A stretch of DNA of 64,000 nt from a virus, in IMG/VR virus record IMGVR_UViG_3300005337_000019, positions 1 to 64,000 of that record; one strand, given 5' to 3'. The position numbers were made by a program, and so were the translations under genes. Below the pieces are notes generated by a model. The model was not told the DNA's origin and did no database searches. It worked only from the letters and a program-made list of their open reading frames with translations. This document shows, piece after piece, positions 44,561 to 54,297 of this stretch; position 1 is the first letter of the stretch; each line of letters opens with the position of its first letter.

Positions 44561-44593
44561 ACTTGCGAAGTCACCCCGCCTTTGTGCCACTCT
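44561..44593 (+). promoter_or_regulatory. Class-3 (putative late) promoter motif
   Basis: acttgcgaagtc...ttgtgccactct upstream of the tail operon. Confidence 0.65.
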
Positions 44594-44753
44594 GATCGCG
44601 TCATTCGACGCTTCTGAACCTGACGGCAGGGCCGCTCCGGTTCACTGGGGGGCGTTGGAAAGTAACCGCCGAGAACCTTTCTGCATGGGGGTGCAGATCG
44701 GAACGAAGCGGCAAAACGGTCCAACAACTCATTTTCAGTGAAGGAGTCGCGCC

Positions 44754-46037
44754 ATGCTTCCTCCGGTCGCACAGGGAACCAGTGAGTCCCTGACCCTCGG
44801 CTTCGAAAACGGCTTCAAGACCATGCCCAACTCGCCGGTTCCCGGCGACAAGGTGCCGGTCACGAACCCGAATATTCGTCCCGAGCGAAACAAGTTCACC
44901 TCCAACGCGCTGACCGGCTCTCCCGAGCCGCGTCCTGTCATCTTCGGCAAGATCGGCGTGTCCGGTTCGTTCGGTCTCGAGTGCAACCCCGCTTCCCTCA
45001 TGCCCGTGTGCAAGGGGCTCTTCGGCGGGACGCGCACGAGCGGCGTCGCCGGCGTCTACGCCATCGAGTACTACCTCTCGACGATGCTGCCGATGTTCGT
45101 GCAGCAGAACCACACCGACATCAATCAGTTTCTCCTCTGGAACGGCATCTTCCTCGGCTCGACCACGTGGACGTTCGGCAGCGAAGGTCTGATGGAGGCC
45201 ACCGTCAACGTGATGGGCGCGAAGGAAACCGTTTTCTCCGCGAACCAGGTCGACGGCACGATCACCGACCGCACCGGTTACGAGCCGTTCTCGTACCTCG
45301 CCGTCGTCGTCAAGAAAGCCGGCACCATCCTCGGCTACTCGCAGAGCGTCGAAATCACCATCGACCGCAAGCTCGGCAAGGCGATGGCCCAGGACCAGAC
45401 GAACGAAGTCGCGCTCGTCTATTCGGAAGTCGCCGAGATCAGCGGCAAGATGACGGCGCTCTTCCCGGACGCCACGTTCCTCAACCTCGCGCTGGCCGGC
45501 AGCGAGACGAGCCTCGAGATTTTCCTCCCCTCGGTGAACGGCTACGGCATGTTCGTCGAGCTGCCGACCGTGAAGTTCCGCCCGCCCGCGGTCGTGACCA
45601 ACGGCACCGGCGTCGTCACCCAGGAGCTCGAGTTCGACGCGTACGGCAAGTCCGGCGTCAGCAAGCTCCCCGGCCGCGTGCGCTCGTCGTACTTCACCAC
45701 CGCGACGCTGCCGACTCTCGACACGCTGACCCTCGTCATCGCCGTCGACGGCGGCGCCGATCAGACCGTGACGTTTGCCGCGCCGGCGGACCTCGCCGCA
45801 GTCGTGACGCAGATCAACGCCGGAACGACCGGCCTGACCGCGAGCCTCGACAAGAACAACGACGACACCACCGGCGGCGTGATCCGCATCGAATCGGACA
45901 CGAAGGGAACCGGCTCTTCGATCCTGGTCAAGTCCGCGTCGACCGCCGACGTGCTGCTCGGCATCGACAACGCGACGCACTCCGGTCTCGACGGCAAATC
46001 GATCCTCGTCACTCTTCTCACGCCGCTCGCGGCGTAA
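44754..46037 (+). CDS. Major tail tube protein with C-terminal accessory domain
   Basis: AAGGAG RBS; tube pattern (G...VSGSF..E, ISGKMTALF, ELPTVKF); precedes chaperone and tape measure genes. Confidence 0.85.
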   Translation: MLPPVAQGTSESLTLGFENGFKTMPNSPVPGDKVPVTNPNIRPERNKFTSNALTGSPEPRPVIFGKIGVSGSFGLECNPASLMPVCKGLFGGTRTSGVAGVYAIEYYLSTMLPMFVQQNHTDINQFLLWNGIFLGSTTWTFGSEGLMEATVNVMGAKETVFSANQVDGTITDRTGYEPFSYLAVVVKKAGTILGYSQSVEITIDRKLGKAMAQDQTNEVALVYSEVAEISGKMTALFPDATFLNLALAGSETSLEIFLPSVNGYGMFVELPTVKFRPPAVVTNGTGVVTQELEFDAYGKSGVSKLPGRVRSSYFTTATLPTLDTLTLVIAVDGGADQTVTFAAPADLAAVVTQINAGTTGLTASLDKNNDDTTGGVIRIESDTKGTGSSILVKSASTADVLLGIDNATHSGLDGKSILVTLLTPLAA

Positions 46038-46106
46038 GGCGCCCCCGCGGGCGGCGCTCATGACGCCGCCCGCAAAAATTCAACAGAAGGAGCTGAACGA
46101 ACCACC

Positions 46107-46526
46107 ATGGAAGTCACCAAAGCAATCCGCAGCACGCCCGGCCGCACGCGCACCGTCTATCCGCTCTCCGATCCCGCGAAGATCGCCGAGAAGTATCTCG
46201 ATCCGAACTTCGCCGTGACCACGAAGGAGGAGAGCAACATCGCCTCCGCGCGCCGGTGGGACAAGTTCAAGTGGGACCCGTCGAACAAGAAGGACCCCCA
46301 CTATTCCGAGAAGGCCATGAAGGTCGGCGAAGCGGCCGTCGAGGAGTTGCTCGTCGAAGTCGTCGGGCTGACCAACAACGGCGAGCCGATCGACCTCGAG
46401 ACGATCAAGCGCGACAGACTCCTCACCAACATTTCGGTCTACACGACCGACGACGAAGTGAAGTCGCTCTGGACGCTGACGCAGGATGCGATCGACGAGC
46501 AGAAGAAGGAAGAAGCGGGAAACTAG
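46107..46526 (+). CDS. Tail assembly chaperone (G-like)
   Basis: Lies between tube and tape measure genes; ends G GGA AAC TAG. Confidence 0.75.
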   Translation: MEVTKAIRSTPGRTRTVYPLSDPAKIAEKYLDPNFAVTTKEESNIASARRWDKFKWDPSNKKDPHYSEKAMKVGEAAVEELLVEVVGLTNNGEPIDLETIKRDRLLTNISVYTTDDEVKSLWTLTQDAIDEQKKEEAGN

Positions 46527-46939
46527 AGGCGCTCGTTGCCTACTACTTTGGCGCCCCGCTCGACGATGCTGGCAAGCGGACAGCGCCCGGCAAGAGCGCA
46601 TGTGATCTTTGCAAAAGCCAGGGCCTCCAGGCGGGGCTTCCGATCAAGAGGGACCCCGCCGAACAGGTTTGTCTCGCGAACCGCGCGGCAGGGCCGGGCG
46701 GCTGCGTCAATCCGGAGCCGACGATCCATTACCGCCTCGCGGGGTTGTGGCGCGTCTTCGGACTCGTGCAGGGCGATTACCGGCCCGATGGTCTGACCGG
46801 ACGGTGGCAACGACCGTCCTGGGATGCCATCGAGACCATGGTCGTCGGCTGTGGCGAGCCGTGGGACGACATCACGATCTCGCGCATTTGGGCGTGGCTC
46901 GACGGCTTCGAATCTCGGTTGCCGAAGCCGAAGAAGTGA
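46517..46939 (+). CDS. -1 frameshift extension of tail chaperone (GT-like)
   Basis: Slippery heptamer GGGAAAC at 46517-46523; -1 frame open to 46939. Confidence 0.75.
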   Translation, partial: GKLEALVAYYFGAPLDDAGKRTAPGKSACDLCKSQGLQAGLPIKRDPAEQVCLANRAAGPGGCVNPEPTIHYRLAGLWRVFGLVQGDYRPDGLTGRWQRPSWDAIETMVVGCGEPWDDITISRIWAWLDGFESRLPKPKK

Positions 46940-46951
46940 AGGAGCCGCGCC

Positions 46952-47347
46952 ATGAAGAAGACGATCGCCACCTTCGCGATGTGCATCGCCGGTGCCCTTG
47001 CCGCGCTTTTGTGCGCGCAGGAGGCGCCGGCGCCCGCGCGTGTCGTCGTCCCGCTGTCGAGTGCCAAGCGCGCATGCACCTTCGCGCGCGGTGCGCGCTC
47101 CGTCTTTTACGAACGGCTGTATGTCGTGGCGAAGAAGGAAGTGCCCGCCGGCGAGCCGGATGAGTGGTGGGGCATCTTCCCCGACCGCAAACAATCTCGT
47201 GATGCGAACGGCCTCCTGCGCGCGGTGAATGTGCCCGCGGCGGAGGTGCTGTTTACCGACCCCCACGACGGTCCGCTTTTTAGTGGGTCGTGCAAATGCC
47301 CGCCGGGGATGTGGACCGGCATTCCAGCAACGAGCGCGGTGCAATAG
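46952..47347 (+). CDS. Secreted hypothetical protein
   Basis: AAGGAG RBS, signal peptide. Confidence 0.6.
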   Translation: MKKTIATFAMCIAGALAALLCAQEAPAPARVVVPLSSAKRACTFARGARSVFYERLYVVAKKEVPAGEPDEWWGIFPDRKQSRDANGLLRAVNVPAAEVLFTDPHDGPLFSGSCKCPPGMWTGIPATSAVQ

Positions 47348-47349
47348 CG

Positions 47350-50300
47350 ATGGACATCGTTCAGGGCGTTCGCATTGAGGTTCAGACGAAGGGTACCGAC
47401 AAGGTCGGCACTCTGAGCCGAAGTGTCGAAACGCTGATCGAAAAAGTCGGTGGCCTGAATAACCTGTCTCTCGCCGGGCTGACCTCCAACTTGAACAGCG
47501 CCGCGCAAGCCGCGGCGAATCTCGTCAAGTCCATCAGCGGAACCGCAGTGACGCAACAGACCGCGCAGATGGGCCGCTCCGTCACGGCGGCCGCCGAAAC
47601 GAGCTCGCGTGCCGTGGATCGCGCCGCGGCGCAGCAGGAACGTGCCGCCAAACGCGCCGCCGACACGCAGGCGCGGGAAGCGAAGCGCGCGGCCGACGCT
47701 GCTGAGCGCGAGCAGAAGCGGGCGACGGACGCCGCCGAGCGCGAGCAGAAGCGACTCACCGATGCGGCGGAACGGGAGCACCGCCGCATGACGGCGGCTG
47801 TTGAACGCGAGGCGCGCAAGCGCCAGGCGGCCATCGAGCGCGAGGCCCGCGCCGAAGAGCGCGAGATGATGAACCTCGCCACGCGCGCCGCGCGAGGAGT
47901 GCAGCGCAACTTTGCGCTCGGCAAGCTCACGGACGGGCAAACGTCGACGCTCGGCAGCCTCGGTCTCTCGGCCTCCAGTCTTGCCGGGATGGCGACGAAA
48001 GACGCGGCGAAGGCCATCAACGAAGCGTTGGGCAACATCCCGGACAAAGCGGAACGCACGCGCATGGCGTTTCAGCTCATGGGGCAGGCCGCGCAGTCGG
48101 CGACGCCGCAGATCAATTCCCTGAGCGGCGGCCTGATCGTCCTCCTACAGTCCTTCATGAAGGGCGGCACGAGCGGCATGTCGGCGGCGCTCGGCGCGCT
48201 GATCAACCCGTTGACGATCATCCTTGCCCTCGTCTTCGCCGTGACGGCCGCGTTCCGGATTCTCGTCAACGTCATCTCCATGGTCGCGAGCGCGATGTAC
48301 GAGGCCGGGAAGACGGGGCTCGAGTACAACGCGTTTCTCCTTGAAGCGAAGCTCGGCATCGGCTCGCTGCTGATGACCTACGGCCGATGGATCGACGGGC
48401 AGGGGCGCGTTATCGATTCGTCCCGCGCCTTTGTGCGCGCGCAGCAGTTGTCGGTGCAGGTGCTCGAGCAGGCCCGCATCGCCGCGCTGGAGACCACCGC
48501 CACATTCCCGGAAATGGTGAGAGGGCTTCAAGAGGGCATGGGTCCGGCCCTGCAGGCCGGCTTCAACCCGACGCAGGTGGTGAGGTTCACGCAGGCGATG
48601 ACGCAGGCCGCCGGCGCGATCGGCATGCCGTTCGAACAGCTCGGCCAAGAAATCCGCGGCGTGTTCGAATTCGACTTCTCCAAGAACAGCCGCATCAGCC
48701 GCATGCTGTTTCAGGGCATGGGCAAGAGCGCCGAGGAGCTGCGCACGCAGTTCGCGGCGATGAGCTCCGCCGCGCGGTTCGATTTCATCATGGACCGGCT
48801 GAAGGCGTTCAGCCTCGCCGGCGATCAGCTCGCGCGCACGCCCAAGGGCGCGCTGTCGAACCTCAAGGACGCGTATCAGCAGATTCTCGGCGCCGGCACG
48901 GTGAAGCTGACGGACGACTTCACGAAGGCGGTGCTGCGCCTGTCCAACTCGTTCCTGATCGTTGGGAAGAACGGCGAGAAGGCATTCAATCCGTTCCTCA
49001 TCGAGGCGATCAAAAAGACGTACGACAGCGTCGACCGTCTCGGCATGAGGGTGCTCGATCTCGCCGAGGCGTTCTCCGCGCTCGTTCCGTTCGTGTCGTT
49101 GGACTTCAAAGGCGACACCACTTTTGAGCGCCTGTCGGACGCGATCAGCGACGCCACGCACAAGCTGCGCGAATACGCCGAAATCCTGCGCGACATCAGC
49201 AACCACCCGTGGAGCTGGGCGAGCACCGGCGCCACCGCGGGATTGATGGGGATGATGCCGTTCGGCACGCCGCTCGCCGCGCTCATCCTGAAATTGCGCG
49301 GAGCGACGAGCGGCCAATCCGCGAGCGCACGGGTCAGCGAAGAGGACGACTGGCTCAAGGACATCGCCGATCCGAAGGTCGCGAAGTGGATTGCCGAGAA
49401 CAGCACGGAGAACGGAGACCGGCGGTGGATTCGCGAGAACATCTCGTGGCTCAAGCAACTGCGCATTCAGTCCGGCGGGCCGGCGGCAGAAGAAGGTGCC
49501 ATGCCGAACACCGGCAACGTCGACGCCTACTACCTGCAATACGACAAGCCCGACGACGCCGACACGGCCCACAAGATCGAGCAGATGAGGCAGGGTGTCG
49601 AAACGGCGCAGCAGCAGGCCAAGCTCGCGGGTACGGTGAACCAGTACGACCGCGAAAACCTCCAGCTCAAGATCGCGATCGGCAACGCCGACGAGAAGCT
49701 CCTGAAATCGCGCGCCGAAGCCGAGAAGATGGAGGGCTCGGCGAAGCAAAAGACCGAGCTCCTGGCGCTTGCGCAGAAGCAATCGGATGCCGACAAGCTC
49801 GCCGCGCAGAACGCCTACAGCGTGGCGATGGATCGCATCTCGCGCCAGGCGAACGAACAAGTTCGGTCCGCGCAGGCGCAGCTCGAGATCACCCGCATGC
49901 AGATCGGTGCGGCGGGCAAGCTCGATGAGCTCGTGCGCGCGCGCGTAAATCACAACGTGGCGCTTGCGAACATCGAGAACGAGCGTCTGTCGACGCGCGC
50001 CGGCATCGACCCCGGCAACCCGAACAAGGGGCGTCTGGAGAGCCTTGCCGATCAGACCGCGGCGGCGAAGCGCACGGCGGAAAACGTCGCGTACGAGGAA
50101 TCGATCGCGGAGACCACGCGGCAGCAGGAAGAGCAGACGCGCGCGATGAAGTTCTCGGCCGACCAGGCCGAACGGAACCTCAGCCTCGCCCACGCGACCT
50201 TCGATGTGGAGAAGGCGAAGACGGCGGAGATTCTGACGCAGGGCGACGCAGCCCGGCTCGCGATCACGCAGCGCATCGCGGCCGAGACCGAGTACGAGAA

Positions 50301-53142
50301 CAAGCGTCTGGAGATCGAGGAGAACACTCGCAAGGCGATCGCCGAGCAGCAGGCCCTCATCAAAAGCTCCGAGCGGCGCATCGAACTGCACGTTGCGCTA
50401 CCGGAAGACACGCAGGCGATCCAGCGCGCGACCGATCGCATCAAGGAAATCACGCGCAAGGGCACCGCGGAGATCGAGACCGAGCGCGTGAACCGCGACA
50501 CGAAAATCATGCAGGTCTACGCCGAGATGCAGAAGACGATGCGCACCTCTCGGCAGCAGACCGAAGAGGCGCGCGCCGCGCAGGTGGCCGGCGATGAGGC
50601 GGAACGTGGCCTCGAAATCGCGCGCGCCACGCTCGATGTCGAGAGGGCGCGGTCGGCCGAGATCATGACGCAGGCCAACGCCTCACGCATGGCGAGCGCC
50701 GAGCGTCTCGTCGCCGAGCAGGAGTTCGAATCGAAGCGCATCGCGATCGCCGAGGAAGCAAACAAACAGATCGCCGAACAGCGGTCGATCATCGATACGG
50801 CGACGCAGCGCATCAACGGGAATTTCGACGGGATCGCGGCGACGCCGGCGGACTATCAGGCGTTGGATCGCGCGATCGCGCGCATTCGCGAGATTCAGCG
50901 CAAGGCGAACGCCGACACGCTGAAGGAGCGGCTGCAGCTCAACGCGAATACCACGAACATCGACATCAATGAACAGCGCAACCGGCAGGAGGCCCTCAAC
51001 ACGCTCCGCGGCGATTCGTACGCCATCGAGCTCGCCGAGAAGATCATCCATGAGCGGGCGAAGGGCACGATCGAAGGCGCCGAGGCGGCGCGCTCTGCGG
51101 CGCACCTGCTGCGCATCTACCTCGACACGCTCGATCTGATCGAGGACCACTGGAAGAACGTCGCTCAATCCATGGCGGACTCGGTCACCTCGGCATTCGA
51201 AACGATGCTGCGCGGCGGCAAGCTGGCGGACGTGGCGAAGGCCATCGGAGAGGTTTGGCAAAAGAACGCGCTGGGCGACATCAGTGAATGGCTGAAGAAC
51301 TGGGCCGGCAAGGTGGCGAACGCGGCGAACGGCCGCGACGCCAACGGTAACGTGATCCCGGACGGCTCCCCTGGCGCGAAAGGCTCGCCCGAGCAGAAAC
51401 GCGCGATGGTCAAGCTCGGCGCAGCGCAATCGGTCGGTGCTGGCCTTGCCGGCTATGCCGCGGGGCAGGGCGGCGGAGCTGCGACCGCGTCGGCCGTCGC
51501 CGCGTTCGCATCGGGGCTGATGTCCGGAAACATCTACGTCGCGATCGCTGCCGCGATTGCGTCGCTGATCGGATCGGCGATCGCCGGCGAGCAGAAACGC
51601 GCCAACTACAAATACGGCGTTCCCACCTTCCTCGGAAATGGGCAGGTGGACGTGCAGGGCACGCGCAACATCGAGAAGCCCGAGCGCGACGCGATGATTT
51701 CGAAGTTCCAGAGTCAGTTTAATGACCAGTGGAACGCCTGGGTGAACATCGCGCTCAAGCTGCCGGGCACCAAAATCCCGAAGCTGGACACGGCGTTCAC
51801 GCCGTACTCTCGCGACTATTTCCAACCCGAGGCGTCGCAGAACTTCCTCAAGCACTGGGACGAATACCTCGCCAACACGTTGCCCGACGAGATCGCCGGC
51901 AAGTTCAAAGACGGCCTCCGTGCGTCGTTCATCGACGCGATGGCGACGATGGCCCGAGGTCCTGTAACGGCAGACGTGAAGAAGCTGCTCGGCGCGCAGT
52001 TCGATAAGTTTTGGGCCGAAGCCGACAAACTCGACGCAAACAAGCGGACGCAGTTCTGGAGCGATCTCGCGGACGGTCTCAACGCCTTCGCCAACGCGCA
52101 GCGCCGCCTGAAGAACGTCGGCCTCGCGATGGGCAACCTGTCGGCCGCACGCTTCGACGAGAACGGCAATTTCAAACAGAACGGCGATTCCGACTTCGTC
52201 TCGACGCTCAAGCAAGGCACGCAGGGCATCTTCGATCAGGCGCGCGCAATGGTGAACCTCACGGGTCCGGATCGCGTTGCCGCGTTCAAGCAACTGGGGC
52301 AATCGATCGAACAGGTGACCAAGTCGCTGAGCGACTACATCGCCCACATCGGCGAGGTGCTGCGCAACCTGCGCAACAGCTTCGACGACGCTTACTACCA
52401 GCACAAGCTCTTCATGGCCGGCGAGGTTCAGGACGCGAACGGCAACGTGATCCATCCGGCCGACAAGAACGCGCAAGCGCGGATCATGGAGGAGGAGTAC
52501 AACCGAACCGTCAACAAAATCCAGAACGCGGCATCGCTCGGCCTGAGCGCCGACGAAGTGGAGGCACTGACCAACAAGGCGATGGGCCTGCTCAACGACA
52601 TCTTCATGCTCGACCCGACCGCGAAGGCGGATGCGTGGTGGGCAGATCAGATGGCCGTTCTCGACCGGCTGAGCCAGCAGTCGATTCTCGAGCTCGGTGA
52701 GAGGGCAAAGAGCGCGGTCGACAAGCTCTTGCTGGAGGTGCAGCCGTTCGTCGATTGGTTCAACGGTCTGCCCGTCGATCTGAAGGCCGCGCAGGCCGAG
52801 CTCACCGGGCCGGGAGGAGCGTTCGACGGATTCGCTCAGGCGCTCGAGGACCTGACGAAGCGCATCAACGAAACCTTGCCGGGCGGCGGCACGACGCCGA
52901 GCGGTCCCGGCACTGGCGGCAACGGTCCTGGCGATGGCGGCACCGGCGGCGAAAAGAATCAGGACCTTCGCACTGGGTCCTCTTTCTCGGCATCCTCTGC
53001 GGCGGTGGTCACGTCCGCCGGCGACACGTACAACTTCTACTTTGGAAACGTCTACGGCGTGGATGACCTTCAGGGACAGATCCTCGCCGCGATCGAGTAT
53101 GCGGCCAACAGCAAGCCGCAAATCCTACAGAGGAAATGGTGA
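47350..53142 (+). CDS. Tape measure protein
   Basis: About 1930 aa, Ala-rich and helical; tape-measure domain (ALETTATFPEMV...LSNLKD); hydrophobic segments. Confidence 0.92.
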   Translation: MDIVQGVRIEVQTKGTDKVGTLSRSVETLIEKVGGLNNLSLAGLTSNLNSAAQAAANLVKSISGTAVTQQTAQMGRSVTAAAETSSRAVDRAAAQQERAAKRAADTQAREAKRAADAAEREQKRATDAAEREQKRLTDAAEREHRRMTAAVEREARKRQAAIEREARAEEREMMNLATRAARGVQRNFALGKLTDGQTSTLGSLGLSASSLAGMATKDAAKAINEALGNIPDKAERTRMAFQLMGQAAQSATPQINSLSGGLIVLLQSFMKGGTSGMSAALGALINPLTIILALVFAVTAAFRILVNVISMVASAMYEAGKTGLEYNAFLLEAKLGIGSLLMTYGRWIDGQGRVIDSSRAFVRAQQLSVQVLEQARIAALETTATFPEMVRGLQEGMGPALQAGFNPTQVVRFTQAMTQAAGAIGMPFEQLGQEIRGVFEFDFSKNSRISRMLFQGMGKSAEELRTQFAAMSSAARFDFIMDRLKAFSLAGDQLARTPKGALSNLKDAYQQILGAGTVKLTDDFTKAVLRLSNSFLIVGKNGEKAFNPFLIEAIKKTYDSVDRLGMRVLDLAEAFSALVPFVSLDFKGDTTFERLSDAISDATHKLREYAEILRDISNHPWSWASTGATAGLMGMMPFGTPLAALILKLRGATSGQSASARVSEEDDWLKDIADPKVAKWIAENSTENGDRRWIRENISWLKQLRIQSGGPAAEEGAMPNTGNVDAYYLQYDKPDDADTAHKIEQMRQGVETAQQQAKLAGTVNQYDRENLQLKIAIGNADEKLLKSRAEAEKMEGSAKQKTELLALAQKQSDADKLAAQNAYSVAMDRISRQANEQVRSAQAQLEITRMQIGAAGKLDELVRARVNHNVALANIENERLSTRAGIDPGNPNKGRLESLADQTAAAKRTAENVAYEESIAETTRQQEEQTRAMKFSADQAERNLSLAHATFDVEKAKTAEILTQGDAARLAITQRIAAETEYENKRLEIEENTRKAIAEQQALIKSSERRIELHVALPEDTQAIQRATDRIKEITRKGTAEIETERVNRDTKIMQVYAEMQKTMRTSRQQTEEARAAQVAGDEAERGLEIARATLDVERARSAEIMTQANASRMASAERLVAEQEFESKRIAIAEEANKQIAEQRSIIDTATQRINGNFDGIAATPADYQALDRAIARIREIQRKANADTLKERLQLNANTTNIDINEQRNRQEALNTLRGDSYAIELAEKIIHERAKGTIEGAEAARSAAHLLRIYLDTLDLIEDHWKNVAQSMADSVTSAFETMLRGGKLADVAKAIGEVWQKNALGDISEWLKNWAGKVANAANGRDANGNVIPDGSPGAKGSPEQKRAMVKLGAAQSVGAGLAGYAAGQGGGAATASAVAAFASGLMSGNIYVAIAAAIASLIGSAIAGEQKRANYKYGVPTFLGNGQVDVQGTRNIEKPERDAMISKFQSQFNDQWNAWVNIALKLPGTKIPKLDTAFTPYSRDYFQPEASQNFLKHWDEYLANTLPDEIAGKFKDGLRASFIDAMATMARGPVTADVKKLLGAQFDKFWAEADKLDANKRTQFWSDLADGLNAFANAQRRLKNVGLAMGNLSAARFDENGNFKQNGDSDFVSTLKQGTQGIFDQARAMVNLTGPDRVAAFKQLGQSIEQVTKSLSDYIAHIGEVLRNLRNSFDDAYYQHKLFMAGEVQDANGNVIHPADKNAQARIMEEEYNRTVNKIQNAASLGLSADEVEALTNKAMGLLNDIFMLDPTAKADAWWADQMAVLDRLSQQSILELGERAKSAVDKLLLEVQPFVDWFNGLPVDLKAAQAELTGPGGAFDGFAQALEDLTKRINETLPGGGTTPSGPGTGGNGPGDGGTGGEKNQDLRTGSSFSASSAAVVTSAGDTYNFYFGNVYGVDDLQGQILAAIEYAANSKPQILQRKW

Positions 53143-53147
53143 TTTCA

Positions 53148-53705
53148 ATGGTGCTACATCTCATCGCCTGGGTCGTCGTTGCGTACGTCACGATGTCGGC
53201 AACCGAGTACGTCTCTCACCGCTGGTTCATGCATCGGCCGATTGCGGCGCGCTGGCCTGCGCTGACGCAATTTCCGCGTCTGCAATGGCTGTGGGGGATC
53301 GTACGGCACGCGTACGCCAGGCACGCCGTGCTGCATCACGGTCGGCACTACGGGCGCTCCTTTGAGCGTTCGGACGACCCTGAAGCGCAGCACACCAGCG
53401 TGGATGTGACCCCCGCCGAGATGCTCGTCGGGCTGGCGCCATTGTGGTTGCCGGTGTTCTTTTTCGTGAGTTGGACGGGCGGCGTGATTCTGGCGATGAC
53501 GTTCGTCGCCCACGGCTTCGCGTGGGGCGTGTTGCATCGCGAAATGCACGAACCGCAAGGCCGTTGGTTTGCCACGACGCGTCTCTATCGGTTCTTTCGC
53601 GGCTACCACGCCGCGCATCACGCGCACGTGAATCGGAACTTCAACGCGATTTTCCCGTTGTTTGACCACCTTTTCGGCACCTACGGAGGGCGCACCGTTG
53701 CGTGA
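53148..53705 (+). CDS. Fatty acid hydroxylase / sterol desaturase family membrane protein
   Basis: His boxes EYVSHRWFMH, HAVLHH, HREMH, HAAHH and NFNAIFPLFDHLFGT. Confidence 0.85.
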   Translation: MVLHLIAWVVVAYVTMSATEYVSHRWFMHRPIAARWPALTQFPRLQWLWGIVRHAYARHAVLHHGRHYGRSFERSDDPEAQHTSVDVTPAEMLVGLAPLWLPVFFFVSWTGGVILAMTFVAHGFAWGVLHREMHEPQGRWFATTRLYRFFRGYHAAHHAHVNRNFNAIFPLFDHLFGTYGGRTVA

Positions 53706-54291
53706 TCTCTCCAACCTTGAGGGGAAGCACACCGCGTCGGAAAACAACGCGCCGGTGTCGCTCGTCGCGATGGAGTTTCCCGGCAACCCCTACTACATGA
53801 CGGACATCGACGCCGACTTCGGCGACGTGTATCTCAACCGCTCGAGCGGCGCGATGCAGCACGTGCCGGCTACGGGGTTCGATCTGTTCCTTCCGACGCC
53901 CGGCCTCAAGGTGCCGACCATCACCCTCTCCGACCAAACTATTCAGGACGACATGACGATCACCATCGCGAATCCGAATCGCGCATGGTTTCAGATCGTG
54001 GGCGCGAACGCATACCGCGATTCCCTCGTCACGGTGTGGCAGGGGCAGCTCGACGTGAGCTCGAGCTCACCTGAGCTCTTCAACTTCACCGAAGGCGGCG
54101 TGCGCCTCTACGTCGGCCGCGTCTCGGGCAATCTGCATGTCACGCGCGAGACGGCGACGATTCTCGTAAAGCCGCACGTCGTGCCGTTCACGGTCACCAT
54201 CCCTTACCGGATTCACGATGCCTCGCAATTCAAACGCCTCCCGCCGGCGAACAAAAAGCTGACGTGGGGATTCACGGTGCGGACGGAGTAG
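53698..54291 (+). CDS. Minor tail / baseplate hub protein (DUF2163-like)
   Basis: GGAGG RBS before TTG; MTITIAN..., VTVWQ..., LYVGRV; position. Confidence 0.6.
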   Translation: MRDLSNLEGKHTASENNAPVSLVAMEFPGNPYYMTDIDADFGDVYLNRSSGAMQHVPATGFDLFLPTPGLKVPTITLSDQTIQDDMTITIANPNRAWFQIVGANAYRDSLVTVWQGQLDVSSSSPELFNFTEGGVRLYVGRVSGNLHVTRETATILVKPHVVPFTVTIPYRIHDASQFKRLPPANKKLTWGFTVRTE

Positions 54292-54297
54292 AGACCG

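Noticed and set aside
47660-47800. 33-bp repeats in the tape measure gene
   Set aside because: Ordinary 11-residue helical repeats (AADAAEREQKR).
50683-53121. Long antisense or alternate-frame ORFs (e.g. 50683-53121, 56648-58951, 48145-50391, 33914-35485, 59602-61503)
   Set aside because: Shadows of real genes caused by high GC3; Arg/Ala-rich with no recognisable motifs or RBS.
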